Of a DNA stretch of 64,000 bases, positions 1 to 13,100 are shown one piece after another. The notes below the pieces were generated by a model. It saw only the letters and a program-made list of their open reading frames with translations, was not told where the DNA came from and made no database searches. The DNA is from Yuukianura sp. NJ FZ-2021 (lineage: Eukaryota), in the NCBI GenBank assembly GCA_046563655.1, contig CM102284.1, forward strand, positions 372,001 through 436,000, read 5' to 3'. Made by a program: the position numbers and the translations under genes. Position 1 is the first letter of the stretch, and each line of letters starts with the position of its first letter.

Positions 1-1093
1 ATTTTTCTCCCGAGTAGTAAAGGATTTTTATCAAAAAACTTCAAAAAATACTTCAAAAAACTTCAAGCGATTGTTAATTAATTCCATTTTCAAAAGTAGT
101 TTCACACATTGCAGAAACGTGTTTTCACCAAGTACTCGTGTAATATTTTTAATTAGTGCTTCCTCCTCCGAGTCCAATGCATTTGTAAGTAGAATCTTTC
201 CTAAATTGTGCATTTAAATTTTAATGCATCCACCAGCACTCGGACGTCCATTTTTGCTACATCCTTACGCTATTCAAGTCGTTTAAGAATTCAGTCCAAA
301 GCTAATGAACTTTTTTTTTGTCACAAACGAGGTCGCGTTCTACTAACGATGACCCAACCAACTGCAGAAAATTTTAAAATTTTAGAAATGACCTAGCAAA
401 GCAATTTTTAGAAGAAAAAAGCTACGCCTTTTGAATGTTCGAGAAACAAAAAGAAATTGTGACAAAACTTTTAAATTAGGTGTTCAGTAGCTGAAATCGG
501 CTCACTTTGTTATTGTAGTGCAATAGCTACCACATAACTCCTAATTTTCAAACTTTTTAGTACTTCTTAGTACTCTGAGTTTTAAAAAATAGATGGAGTT
601 TTACTATTTTTTTTTGGAACTAATAATTGGCTTTGTTTTTCGAAAATAAAGCAAACCTTTTTATTTTATACCTTTTATTTTAAAAATAAAAATAAAACCT
701 TTTTATTTTTATTTAAAAAAAATAAACTTTTTAATTGCAAAAACGTCGAATTGGTGAATTCCACAGCAAATTTACAGTTTACTATAGTGTTGAGGCGTTT
801 TTTTCAAAGTCGATACTTCGCTTTTTGCTGTAAATAGCTTTTCGTGCTGTTTTTGCTCTTTATGCTTTAAAAGAAAAAGTTGCTATAAATGTTGCTGCAA
901 GGAATGCGTCCGAATTCGACTTGGATTTAACGTATTAAATAGCAACATATTTAAAACAAAACAGCAAACGTGAGCTGGTCTCGCTGTTTCCTTCTTTTGC
1001 TTTCAAAGCAAAAAAAGCAAACAACAACAGCATCTGCTTTCAAACACTTCGGAACAGTGCAGTTTTACAACGTTTTTTTAAACTGAAGCGGAA

Positions 1094-2534
1094 ATGTTGA
1101 CCAAGGAGAGTCGTCGTATGCTTGGCCTGTACTTTGGAACTGCCGGTAAAATCGGGTTTCTGCCTTTGCATTGGGACAAAAGGTCAATGACCTTTGACCT
1201 CTCCAGCTCCTCGGGCATTTGGTTTTTCTGGATGGGCGTTATGTGGGCGAAAGTCATTTACCTCACGATCATCCTGGTCAAATTGGTCATAATTGACCAA
1301 GAGAAAGTCCGCAACATTATTTTCCATTTGTTCATCTACCTACCGTATCTTCAAGCGGGAATTCATCAGTTGAACTTGTTTAGAGTTCTGAACGAATATA
1401 AAATTCTCTACAGAGACTTGGTTATATTCAACAATATAAATTTGGGTAAGATACATCTCATTCAATTCGATATGCCGTCCACAACACAAAAATTACCGTC
1501 CGAAACACAACAAACCAAAACCCCGGCCAATACTACACAAAAATAGCCGGCTAAAAATAAATTCCCACTTGAAACAGAAAAGAGAATCCCGAGGAAGGCG
1601 AAAGTATTGCCCAACGCCGGCTGAAACTCTCAAACCAAATTAGGCCGGCTAAAACAATTTCCGCGGCCAAATAAAAACAATTTTTTTTTGTCGGAGATAA
1701 TGTTTTTTTTCTTAATTGAAACTTCGTATTGTAGGAAAACAACCAAAGGTATCGACGGATGAAACTATATTCGACGGATCGGCAGACATGACGAAACGCA
1801 GTATACTCATGATGTTTGGCATTTCTTTTAGCATTTTAGCAATTTCCCTCCAATTTCCGAATTTGCCCCAATTCTATTCTTCTTTATTTTCCACCGATTC
1901 GTCCGCGGTTAATTTTGGTTGTGGCCTCCTGGAGGCCATAACTGCCGCTGTCGCCTGGACAACAAATTTAAGCTACTCTAACATTTTGCCAGCGATGTCT
2001 GCATGTATGATTCACTGGATGAAGCGACTGGAGTTGACTGACCTTGACATTTCGAACGCGAGGTCACGAGGTAATGAGGTCACGAGGTCAGTGACCTCTG
2101 ACATTCTCATGTACAGAGCCATTCAAATTCTGGTGCGGCAATTCAATAATGTCATGGCCTTCAGTATTTTCAACCACTTTGGAATTGCGTTTTTTATCCA
2201 CTGTGTGGCCAACTACGGCATGGTTATGTTCTTTGGAGAAACGAATTTGACGTCGTGGATTGGCTACCCCTGTCTCGTCTTTTTGGGCTCAAAGAACTTG
2301 TTTACAATTGAAGTATTCTTGGGCGGAGTTTATGAAAGCAGTTGCCGAACACTGCGCAGTTGGAAGAAACCGGAGTCTGCGTTTAGCTCTCTCATTGGTC
2401 GAAAGTTTCGCGCCTCTTTTCCGGAACTGAAACTCCAGGAGGGAAGTGTGGCATTCTCTGACGGTAGAACAGGCGTTACTTTTCATTACAACCAATTCAA
2501 TTTTACACTCAGCTTGATTGTGGGGTCAAGATAA
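1094..2534 (+). CDS. Gustatory-receptor-like 7TM chemoreceptor, 2 exons (1094-1445, 1735-2534), ~383 aa
   Basis: The two hydrophobic ORFs join in frame through a GT(1446)..AG(1734) intron. There are multiple TM-like segments and a GR/OR-superfamily-like C-terminus (YRAIQILVRQFN...TFHYNQFNFTLSLIV). Confidence 0.7.
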
Positions 2535-3096
2535 ATTTATAGTGGACAAACATGGAAAACAATATATTACGTTATAGTTTACACAAAATTTAATGAATAC
2601 ATACATTTTATAGTATAACGCAAAATATATTTGTACAATATTACATTATAGTATCACATCCAGTTTCAAAATTTTGAAATGTAAGATTTCAGAAGAGTCA
2701 AAAGTTTTTTAGTTTGATATTTGTTCGTTATATATGTACTTGTTAAAAACTGACACAAATCAAGAAATAAATAAAAAGTAGGAATATCCTAACAGTGAAA
2801 TTGGCAGAAGGGAAACTTGTTTTTTTTTTTTTCGTTTTTTGAAAACTAGTTCCAACAATTGTGCTTAAGTTCTGAGAACACAGAAGTAAAACCAGTTTGG
2901 TTGAGGTCCTCTCAAGCCACGCCCCCTTTGCAAATTCAAGGCAACACTAACCCTCCGCAGTAAAATTTCTCGTGACAAAATTTGCTATATTTTGGATCTA
3001 AATATTTTCAATTTATTTAAAAAAAACTTTCCAATCACTTTCAAAACTAATTACATATTTTTTTAAATTGAAAAGTCCTATTACTGTATTAATGGA

Positions 3097-5858
3097 ATGT
3101 GTGTCAAAATCCTGTTGATTTTGCAAATTTTTGTTGCGGGTCAAGTGCTCAGTGACAACGGGTTCTGCCGCTTCCAGGAGTTCCGGTGCAAGGGAGGAAC
3201 CGTTTGGTATAATATGGCATATTTATACATTGATTCATATATTTACATATTATTTTATGTATTTTAATATTGAACTACACTTTGTTTTGAAATTAAACTT
3301 AAAGTATTATAATTTCAGTCTACTTTCAGAGAAACTCTGCGATGGAATAGAAGGTACACAAAATGTAGCACGGAATATTAGTTAAATTAATATATTAATT
3401 AATATAATATTTGAATATTATTGCAATTAAGTAATTAGTTAGTTAATTGTGCTAATTGTGGTGACCTTTGACCTGAAGACTGCCCTGATGGAGAGGATGA
3501 ACGGGGAAACGACCAATGGGATTGCAGCAGAGCTACGCTCGGCACATCTCAGGAATGTGGAGAGTAAGTAAAAAAAAGTGAATTTTTGAAATTATTCAAA
3601 GCATTAACTTTTTAAGTTAAAAATTTTAACCAATGCTTGTTGTTAGCGCACGGAAGTTTTTCAAGTGCAGGTTTGGCGGATGCGTACCCAAATCGCAGGT
3701 CAGCAGCCTTTTTCAAAAATATTTAAAAAAATAAATTCAACTTTTCTCAAAATTGTGTAAAATTGTTTTCTCCTTAGCTTTGTGATGGAATTTCGAACTG
3801 TTGGGGAGGTAAAAACACAAAAACTTTAACATTAAATAGATTAATAGAAATGAAATAACATTAATAGAAATTAAAATTAACCTCTTTCGTGCTCATTAGG
3901 AACCGATGAAGCGTCGGAATTGTGCGGAAAGTAAGAAATTGAATATTTCCAATATAAACAACTGAAATGACTATAATAAAAAATAATAGAGTAAGTATTA
4001 CAAAATAATACAGTAAGTATTATAAAACAGCCGAAGAAAAATTGTTGATGATCCGGCATCGGTAGCAACCAAACCGAAAATGCCGACACCTAAACCCAGA
4101 CCTCCTCCAACACCAAAACCCACAACAACAACAACAGAAAGAATTCGAACTTTCCCACCACAACAGATTTCAGCAAAGCCAAAACCGACTTCTGCACCAC
4201 CACCACCAAAACGAACCACAAAACAGCCGATTCCGCCAATGCGGACGACTAGTCACCCCATTCCTGTGCCGAATCCAGCCGAACCGGAACAGAACGAACC
4301 CGAACCCGGTACGACTTCGTGTCCACCAATCGACATCAAGGAAGGAGAGAATGTCAACTGTCTTTTAGCTGAACTAGCACAAATCATTGATTGCAAAAAT
4401 AAGAGATCGCCCGAGGGCACGCGGGCTACCATCAAGTAAGCCCCGCCATCTTCAAAATTTTGAAACTTAGTTTTTGAAAAAACGACGAAAATTGGTATTT
4501 ATGTTTTTTTTTAATTTCCCAAGATGTGCTAAATTCTGGAGTCCTCCGGCCACTGGGAGTCGAACTCGCAATCGCGTATGTCGCGGAGGTAGGTGGGAAG
4601 GTGGGAGTCGCAATTTCCAGTGTCAACTGGACTGTGGGGAGGGTGGGTACCCGCCGGTGGCTCTCGTGGCGGGTGGGATCACTTCGCAGAAAGGGAAATG
4701 GCCATGGCATACTGGACTGTACGAGGCTGACCCGCCGGGGTCAAATTCTTATGTCAACATTTGCGGAGCTACCCTCATTGGTCTAAATGCAGTTCTAACA
4801 GGTATGGGCATACTATAAAATTCAGGGGTTGAGAAACAAAGAACGAGAAAACAAAGGGACCCAGTGGGATTCGAACCCACATCTCTTCTATCCGGCAACC
4901 ACTCTAACCCTTGAGCTATCAGGACCCAGTTTATAACACGGGGGTGGGACTGTTACCAAACGTATATTACTTACTAAACGTATAAAATTTTCAAAAATTG
5001 TCGAAAATTTTGAAAAAGTATAAAAGACTTTTTTTTTATATTAGCTGGTCATTGCATTACAATTCCGCATACAAACGACGTGAAAAACAACCGTGACCTG
5101 TTGTTTTTCTTGGGAAAATTCTACAGGTCAGCAGGTCGAAATGACGAAAACGTCCAAGCTCTTAAACCAATCAAAATCGTTCTTCATCCAGACTACAACT
5201 ATGCAAACCTAGACTCCGATATTGCAATTGTCTTTCTTCAAAAGGCGTGGGAAAATTTGAAATTTTGAAGTACCCATACATAAAAAATCAAGTTTATTTA
5301 AAAACTGTTTTCAATTTTTAGAACGTCCAAATCACGTCCTTCGTCCATCCAATCTGCCTTCCATCTGAAGATGACGAACTCTACGTCGGTTCAAAAGGAA
5401 CAGTAAGTCAGGAAATGATTTATATTTTATTATGTATTAATATATTTTATTTTGATGTAAATTTATTATAAAAGTAATTGTTTTAGTTGGCCGGATGGGG
5501 TTCAATTGGTGACCGAACGTATCCAGAAGAGTTACAAGAAGCCGAGCTGCCATTTGTGAGCAGCATCACCTGTCAACGGAGTCACCCTGCGCTGAAAACA
5601 CTGATTCGACAAACGAACTTCTGCGCAGGTCACCGAAACGGTACTTCGGCATGTGACGGCGACTCGGGGTCAGGACTAGCCTTTAGTCACTCGGATGACG
5701 CCTCGAAGTGGGTGGTGGGTGGGGTGGTGAGTGGGGGCGTTCCCCGGACGGGGGGCAGAGGGTGTGACCCCCAACATTATGTCGCTTTCACAAATGTCGC
5801 CAAGTTTAGAACTTGGATTGACCGAGTGCTGGACAGAGAAGCGGATGAGTTTAAATAA
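3097..5858 (+). CDS. Modular serine protease: signal peptide, 2 LDLa repeats, Pro/Thr linker, Sushi-like module, trypsin domain; 11 exons
   Basis: Exons 3097-3206, 3319-3353, 3479-3563, 3647-3698, 3778-3808, 3900-3930, 4031-4435, 4524-4801, 5045-5244, 5322-5402, 5487-5858 splice in frame. LDLa motifs FRC..LCDGIEDCPDGEDE and FKC..LCDGISNCWGGTDE. Activation site L|VAGG; triad motifs TAGHC, DSDIA, GDSGSG. Confidence 0.9.
4825..4965 (-). mobile_element. tRNA-derived SINE-like repeat, copy 1 (intron of protease gene)
   Basis: Minus strand reads GGTCCTGATAGCTCAAGGGTTAGAGT...GTGGGTTCGAATCCCACTGGGTCC: A box, B box, D and T stems, but no valid anticodon arm. Homologous to 8405-8565 and 15605-15752. 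Confidence 0.7.
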
Positions 5859-6456
5859 AAGAAAGTTGGAACAGAGTTTAAATTTTTACTCAAATTTTGA
5901 AAATTGTTCTAAAAAAGCAAAAAGAAATGAATTTTTTAGAGTTTGAATTTGTTTTCTTAAATGTCGCCAAAGTTTAGTTTTAAAAGTGCGTCATAAAGTC
6001 AGTTGTGTAAAGACAATAGAAAGGATTTTTTTTAAAAGTTATCTGTTTGTTCAAACTTTTTGTCCAGGAAGTGTCTGTCATCGGTATACCAAAAATAGAA
6101 TTTTTTTTTAGAAGTGATAAGGTCAGAGGTCAAATTCACACAATCACTTCGCATGTCCATTGTTTGCACAGTGATCAAAAGATTAGAAATATCATTGCCG
6201 TTTTCCAAATTTTCGCGGTCATTTGTAGTTTTAATTTCGAAATTTCGAGTTTTTGAAAATTCGGGAATTTTTAGAAGTAAATATTGTTGAGCCAATAAGA
6301 ACAGATCCTATTGGTTTAAATATTTACCTCGCAGTCTCACAGTGGCCCAGGGCTAATTTTTTTTGAAAACCTTACGCGGCGAAATTTAAATCCTCAATAA
6401 CCCCACTTTACTGTTGTCATTTTTTTCTCTTCAGGAATTTTTGAGACCTCAGTTGA

Positions 6457-6679
6457 AGTAAGGATCGACGACTATTATTGCAGTCGCTAAGTGTTTCCAC
6501 TTCGACCACCTTTGGTAACTACAATAAATGGCTACACATAGAGGCAACATTTGTAGCTTTTTGAATTTCAAGAATCTTAATTTAAAGTGGCAACAAAATG
6601 TGCCGCATGCTGTAGCCGCTTATTGTAGCCTTAAAGTAGCTACACTATGTGGCTACAATGACTATCGTTCAGCCTTACT
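6457..6679. mobile_element. Degenerate MITE-like element upstream of Mo25
   Basis: Imperfect terminal inverted repeats AGTAAGGATCGACGACTATTATTGCAG / TACAATGACTATCGTTCAGCCTTACT, with internal TGTAGC/GCTACA motifs. Confidence 0.4.
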
Positions 6680-7100
6680 GCAACCAAAACTTCGCAATCG
6701 CCACTCGTCTGCTGTTTCAGTTTCTCTCTGAGAAATCAACACACCTCTACGTAAAAAAATCGATAAAAAACTGTTTCAAAATTAATCAGTAATCGAGTAA
6801 TCGACTAAAGTAATCAATTAACACAAACTCCACTACTATCTCCACTATTTCGTAACCAATACGCCTTCAAAACTTTGACTCTAACCTGAGTTCCGAATTG
6901 AGGTCAAGAGGTCATCAGCTGATCCCACCTTCATCGTGGTCCACTTGTCACGGTCTACAGGTACGGTGTCAATTCCATCTTCAAACTTAATCTACGACTT
7001 GTCGTTTTCTTAACGTATTTGGCTAATCATGGTTATAATTTGTGAATGCAGGATCATCCGAGAGAGGAGAGATCACTGATCGCACATCATTATGTTGAAG

Positions 7101-9011
7101 ATGCCGTTGTTTGGGAAGAGTCAGAAGAATCCTACCGAGGTGGTGCGGAGTCTAAAAGAGGCTGTCGTGTCACTAGAGCGTGGCGAGAAGAAGATGGAGA
7201 AGGCACAGGAAGAAGTGTCCAAACAGCTGACGGCTGTCAAGGGAATCCTCTTCGGATCATCGGAAACAGAGCAGCAGACAGAGATTCTGGTGGCTCAACT
7301 GTCCCAGGAACTCTACAACTCCAATCTCCTCGTTCTCCTCATCAACAATCTATCCAAGATTGAATTCGAAGTAATCACGAAGTCAATTAAATTTAGTTAT
7401 CATTTGACATTCTGGATTCCTGGAAGTCAAAGGTCAATTTGTTGGTTCTAGGGCAAGAAAGACGTGGCACAGATTTTCAATAACATTCTGCGTCGGCATA
7501 TAGGCTCTCGATCTCCAACTGTCGAGTACATTTGCACCAAGCCACAGATCCTCTTCACCTTGATAGCCGGGTAACTTTTAAGTTCATTGTTAGTAATTAA
7601 GTGAAGAGTTAATTGATATTAAGTTAGTGAAGTTAATTGACGATTAATTGTAGCTATGAGACGCAAGACATCGCCTTGAACTGTGGAACGATGTTGCGGG
7701 AATGTGCTAGGCACGAAGCACTGGCCAAGATCATTCTCAACTCGGAGGAATTCTACAAGTTCTTCGAGTATGTTGAAGTGTCGACATTTGACATTGCCTC
7801 TGACGCCTTCTCAACCTTCAAAGTAAGCAAAAATGGGAAATACTTGCAGATACTTGGCAGTACTTTTTGAAAAAACTGATCCTTTTGTTACAGGAGCTGC
7901 TTACCCGACATAAACTTCTGAGTGCAGAGTTCCTGGAGGCAAACTACGAAAAAGTTTTTGGGCACTACCAGCGCCTCCTCAATTCAGAAAACTACGTCAC
8001 GAGGCGGCAGAGCCTCAAGCTCCTCGGGGAGCTGCTCTTGGATCGACACAACTTCACAGTACGTTAATTCTAAAAAGTTAGGAAAATAACGTAACATTTT
8101 CAACATGCCCTAACAAAAACCTAACTTTTTCTTCCAACTCGTTAACTAACTCACTCAGAGTGATTTGTCATAATTTTGGGCTGTTGACAGGTAATGACCA
8201 GATACATCTCCAATCCAGACAACCTAAAGTTGATGATGAATATGCTAAAGGAGAAGTCCAGGAATATACAGTTCGAAGCTTTTCATGTTTTTAAGGTCAG
8301 TCATTTAACCTTAAAATACCGTAAAACTTCCAATAAAGGCTGGGTTCCAATAAATCATGGCCTTTAATACAAGCCGGGTCTTTATTACGGGTTTAGAGGA
8401 CCAACATGTCTTGAGAAACAACTAACGACAGTTTTAATGACATTATAAAAAAATTAAGAACCAAGTGGGACTCGATCCCATATCTCTTCAATACACGAAG
8501 AGGTTTAACCATTAAGCTATCAGCAACCTTGGCGATTTTTGCAATAGGACTGTTGCCACATCGCAAACCGGCCGATCTGCAGGCTAAAAAAATAGGAGCC
8601 TGCGCGTGTATTAGAAGTTTTACGGTAATTAATTTCTATTCCTTGTTCGTTCTGGGAACTTTCGTGACTCATCCATTTGAAGTCACGTCATGTCAGCTCT
8701 TTGTTAATTGAAATGCCAAGACTAATTAATTCGTTCGATAATTCATGATTAATTCATGACTAAACTTACGTAATTACATGTAATTACAAGTAATTAACCC
8801 AAGTTCTGGTTTGTCATAGGTGTTTGTTGCGAATCCAAACAAGCCTAAGCCCATTCTGGACATTCTGCTGAGGAACCAAGAGAAACTGGTTGACTTTTTA
8901 ACCAAGTTTCACGAAGATCGTTCCGAAGATGAGCAATTCAACGACGAGAAAGCGTATCTTATCAAGCAAATCAAGGAGCTCAAACCAACACCAGACAGTT
9001 TAGCAACTTAG
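7101..9011 (+). CDS. Mo25: Protein Mo25 / calcium-binding protein 39, 6 coding exons
   Basis: [11 protein letters not shown]...ELLTRHK...[23 protein letters not shown]...VFVANPNKP...[18 protein letters not shown]. Exons approximately 7101-7370, 7452-7570, 7654-7822, 7894-8058, 8191-8295, 8820-9011. An in-frame upstream ATG lies at 7092. Confidence 0.97.
8319..8625. mobile_element. Tc1/mariner-type MITE in last Mo25 intron, containing a tRNA-derived repeat
   Basis: 17-bp TIR CCGTAAAACTTCCAATA / TATTAGAAGTTTTACGG (1 mismatch), flanked on both sides by TA (8317-8318, 8626-8627). Confidence 0.75.
8405..8565 (-). mobile_element. tRNA-derived SINE-like repeat, copy 2 (more decayed)
   Basis: Plus strand GTGGGACTCGATCCCATATCTCTTC...TAACCATTAAGCTATC...GGACTGTTGCCACATCG aligns with copies 1 and 3. 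Confidence 0.6.
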
Positions 9012-10164
9012 GATGTGCTGGATGCTGCCCAAGTACATTCTGGATACTGCCCAAGCACATCCAAGGAATGTCGAAGTATATTTCGTCACGTAATTCGAGT
9101 TTTAGTTTGTAGTTTGTGGCGCAATCGATTTAAAAACTCCAGATTTACCGCCTAACGAGATTTTTGGAGCAAAGACGTTTTGATTTTTAGTTGGCGTAAT
9201 TTACAAATAATACTTAGATTAGTAATTAATTTCGATTTAATTAATCAATTAATCGATTAATCGTGATTTTAACGTCGAATGTAACCAATGATCAGAATGT
9301 AAAAATCAAATCAAGACAGAGAAGATACTTTCGATTTTGAAAACTTAAATGTTTGAAAAGTTAAAAAGTGAAAAGTAATAATTTTTTTAGAACTCCGCTA
9401 AAGTAACATTTTTATTCCAATTTTTGTGTTTTTGGGTTTTGGGGATTTAAAACGAATTAAAAGAGAAAAGCATTTTTTCCGTTTTTCAACAATTTTTTTG
9501 TGCTTTTCTCTTTTTTGAGACTAATTCTGAGGTTTAGTTAGGCCTAGATTTTAGAAATTGTTTTACAGGAAGAAGAAAAGTGTGGGAACTTTTGATTGTC
9601 ATGGATAATAACGATTGAGTCAATTTTTAGTTAACTGTCTAAATTAATTAATGACTAATTTCTAAACAAAGGTGAGTAAAAGTTGGAACATTTTTGGCTG
9701 GCATTTAACTTTTTGTAAAGGTCAAAGTTCAACTCTAAAGTTACAGGAGGCTTATCTTTTACGGTTTACTTTTCCGTAAACTTTTACTTTTTACGTTAAC
9801 TTTTACTTTTAAACTTTTTAGGAATTTGGTGAGCTAGAGGAGACTTTTATTGGAGAGGGACACTTTGGCCTTTTGAGTACTGTCTCCTATCTACTAAATT
9901 TTAGTTAACTTTGGTAATACTGTTAATTACTTTGAGTTAATTACTTAATTACTTTCAGTTAATTAGTTAATTACAATTAGTTTCATCCTCTGTTAAGTTG
10001 CTGTGGTTCTAGAAGGTGAGAGTCCAAGAAAGAAGAAGGTAAGTAACAGTTTTGAAGGTGGATGAGCATTTGTTGAGTGAGATCTTGTGTTTACTGGTTT
10101 GGTTTTTTTGAAGGTTTGGTTAGCACCTGACCTGTGCAGGTCAGGATTGCGACCTGACCTGCAC

Positions 10165-13100
10165 TTAAGAGTAGATCGTGATGACCTCGCGACCTCCGCC
10201 ACGCACCATCAGCACACGGTCAAGGCCCTCCGTTAGCACCTCGATGAATTCCATATCTGAAAACAAAAACTGACTTTGGACTTTTGACTTGGAAGTTGTT
10301 CGACTTTTCACTCAAAAGTTGTTAGACTTTTTACTTAAAAGTTGTTAGACTTGTGAATTGACTAAGGTCAATGACTTCTGACTTTAGATCAATGACTTTC
10401 ACGTTTTAACATTCGACTTTTCAATTAAAAGATAAGCTTTCGACTTGATTTTTTGGACTTCTGACTTTAGATCACTTTAGATCACTTCTGACTTTAGAAC
10501 TTCCTTTCTGACTTTAGATCAATGACCTTCGACGTTTTGTCAAAAGTCAATGACCTTTGACCTTTTGACTTACAGTTGGACTCTCCTTCCTGGTTTCTCG
10601 GAATTCCCGGAAGGTTAATGATGACGAGTTTGGCTTCGGCGGATTTGGCAGTGATCACTTCGTTCAACTTCACTGCCGTGTGCATCCGTCGTACATTTTC
10701 CTCACCTCTGTAAATTTTTCAAAAACATACTCTTTTTTTCAACTTTTTTCAAAATTTTGATTTTGATTTGTGATTTACGGTTTGGCATCTCCTGACTTCT
10801 TGGCACCATCATCATCGTCTCGGCTCGCTTCACGACTCACGAACCGAACTTTAGAGCAAGTGGTCGATTGGGGCGACGGTTTTGGTTCCTGGAGAATCCA
10901 AATTTTCAAAATTTTGAAAAAGTTTAAAAATTTGAAAATTTCTGAAAATCCTTACATGATCCTCAGTTGCTGGAGAAGTGGATCCGATGGATCCTGTTCC
11001 AATGCTGCTCACCAACTCTTCTACCATGGACCGTCGTCGCTTCTTGTTCAAATGGATTTCATTGAGCATCTGATTCCGCTGCTCCATCATTAGAGTTCGC
11101 TCGTAGGTGTAGGCAGAGATGTCGTTGGTCATCTAGGTCAAAGGTCAACGTTTTAGGGTCAAAGGTCAAATTTCAAGGTCAAAGGTCATTGACCTTACCA
11201 TCTCCACAACTTCGACCTCTGCGTCAATGCGGAGAGCGTACAAGAAGGCCGTGAGGTCCTTCTTCATCTGAATGGAATTGTCCTCGACCTGCGCAACGGT
11301 GAAGATACGCAGTTTGCATTTATTCCAAGTCCGATGCTGCTTAAGTAAAAATGGAATGAGCATGAGCAGCCCTCCGTCATGGATGATCCACCTAGAACCA
11401 CAAAATGGATTATGGATTAGGATTATGGATTTTGAAATGTATTGCGGAATTATGGAATTGCATTAAGAATTGTGGAATTGTGGGTTGTGCAATTGTGGAT
11501 TACGAAATTGTGGCTTATGGAATCGTGGATTATGCGATTGTGGATTATTGAATTGTGGATTTTGGAATTTTGTAGGGTTGAATTATAGAATTGTATTAGT
11601 AAGAATTGTGGAATTTTTGGTTATGGAATGGTGGGTTATGGAATGATGGATTATGGAACTGTGGATTAGATTTGCATATTCGAAGACTCACCAGATGTCA
11701 ATGACTCCGGAGACTTTATCTGTTGTGTCTGGGTAGAACTGCGTTCCTTTGGGAACGAGGAGAGCCATTTTTGCAACTGAGACGTACTTCACTGCACTCA
11801 AAAACACGCGTTCGTTTCCTTTTTGGCGCCAAGTGGAAGGCCAACCAATCAGAACAGTGTTTGGCTTCAGTCCACCCAATCCAGAAGTTTGAATTCTAAA
11901 CCAGTCAAAAAATTACCGCCAAAAATTTACAATTTTTTAAATTTAAAGTGATCTAAAGTCAAGAATCCCGCCAAAAAATTCTTACACAGCACAAATTCCT
12001 TCACAGACACTGCTCGACGACACGAGCACATCCGAGAAACCTTTGACCTTCTCCTCTTCCATGAGATTCTTGAGATTCTCCTGCGCCTGCGCAACCAATC
12101 CGCCACTCCGCTCATACTCCCCTTGCAACACAGAGGCTGCCATAACAAGCCCTTTGCCCGCCTTCAGTTGACTTGCCAGCACAAACAGTTTCCGTTGTTT
12201 CGGGGTCAGGTCGGGTGACAGTTTTGCCAGAATAAGAACTTGCGGACGCCAATTTTTCGTGTGTGGCGGGGCAACTTCCAGACGAAGCAGAGCATAACGT
12301 GCTGCAGACAGTGCCAGACCACGGATTCCATCACCCCATTCCTTTTCAGCACTAAAAACATTGAAAAAAAATCATTGCACCAGGGGAGATACGAACCCAA
12401 AGCTACCTCTCTCGGCGACGTCGCCCTATCGACAAGGCCATTTTGCTCAAAATCTGGAAAAAGCCGTTTTTCGCTTTCCAGGACATTACAAACTAATTTT
12501 TTCTGTAATATTTTAGAAAACTAACTTAATTTTATATATTATAATATATATTATATTATATAGTACTTACCCACGGTACTCGATGTACTTGTAGATGATT
12601 CCAGCGATTGCCATGGCCAGTAGAGCGTAGTACCAACTTGTCATGAACATAACAGTGATGCACAGAGAGAGTCCGATGAAGCTGCCAACCCAATGGTAAT
12701 ATTTGAAACGCGGGCGCCAATTCGGTGTTTTGAGCAGCGTCTGCACTGCGCATGCCAAGTTCACGAACCCATAGCACATGAGGAAAAACATGGACAGGAG
12801 CGGAGCCAAGTAGTCCACATTTCCAACTAAACCAAAAGTATATATTTTTATTGTATTAATATATTTTATTATTAGCATCATTTTGGCAATGACATGATCT
12901 TCATTGATCATCGGGAATTGTACAAAAAAGTGCTTACGAAGAACACCGCATTGGCAAATGCACAGAGTCACGATCAGGGCTCTACAAAACGAAAAAAAAA
13001 TATCATATCAACCCATCAGCAAATTTCCGAATCCAAAAATTAATACCATCGAAATTCAAATAGCAGCGACACGCAATTTTGAGCTTTCATTAAAAAAATG

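Noticed and set aside
31-396. Short ORFs at the window start
   Set aside because: No recognisable domain or consistent splice structure; they may be a decayed fragment but cannot be supported.
4857-4928. Functional tRNA gene
   Set aside because: D and T arms are present, but the anticodon stem does not pair and the acceptor stem is mismatched; diverged copies elsewhere indicate a repeat.
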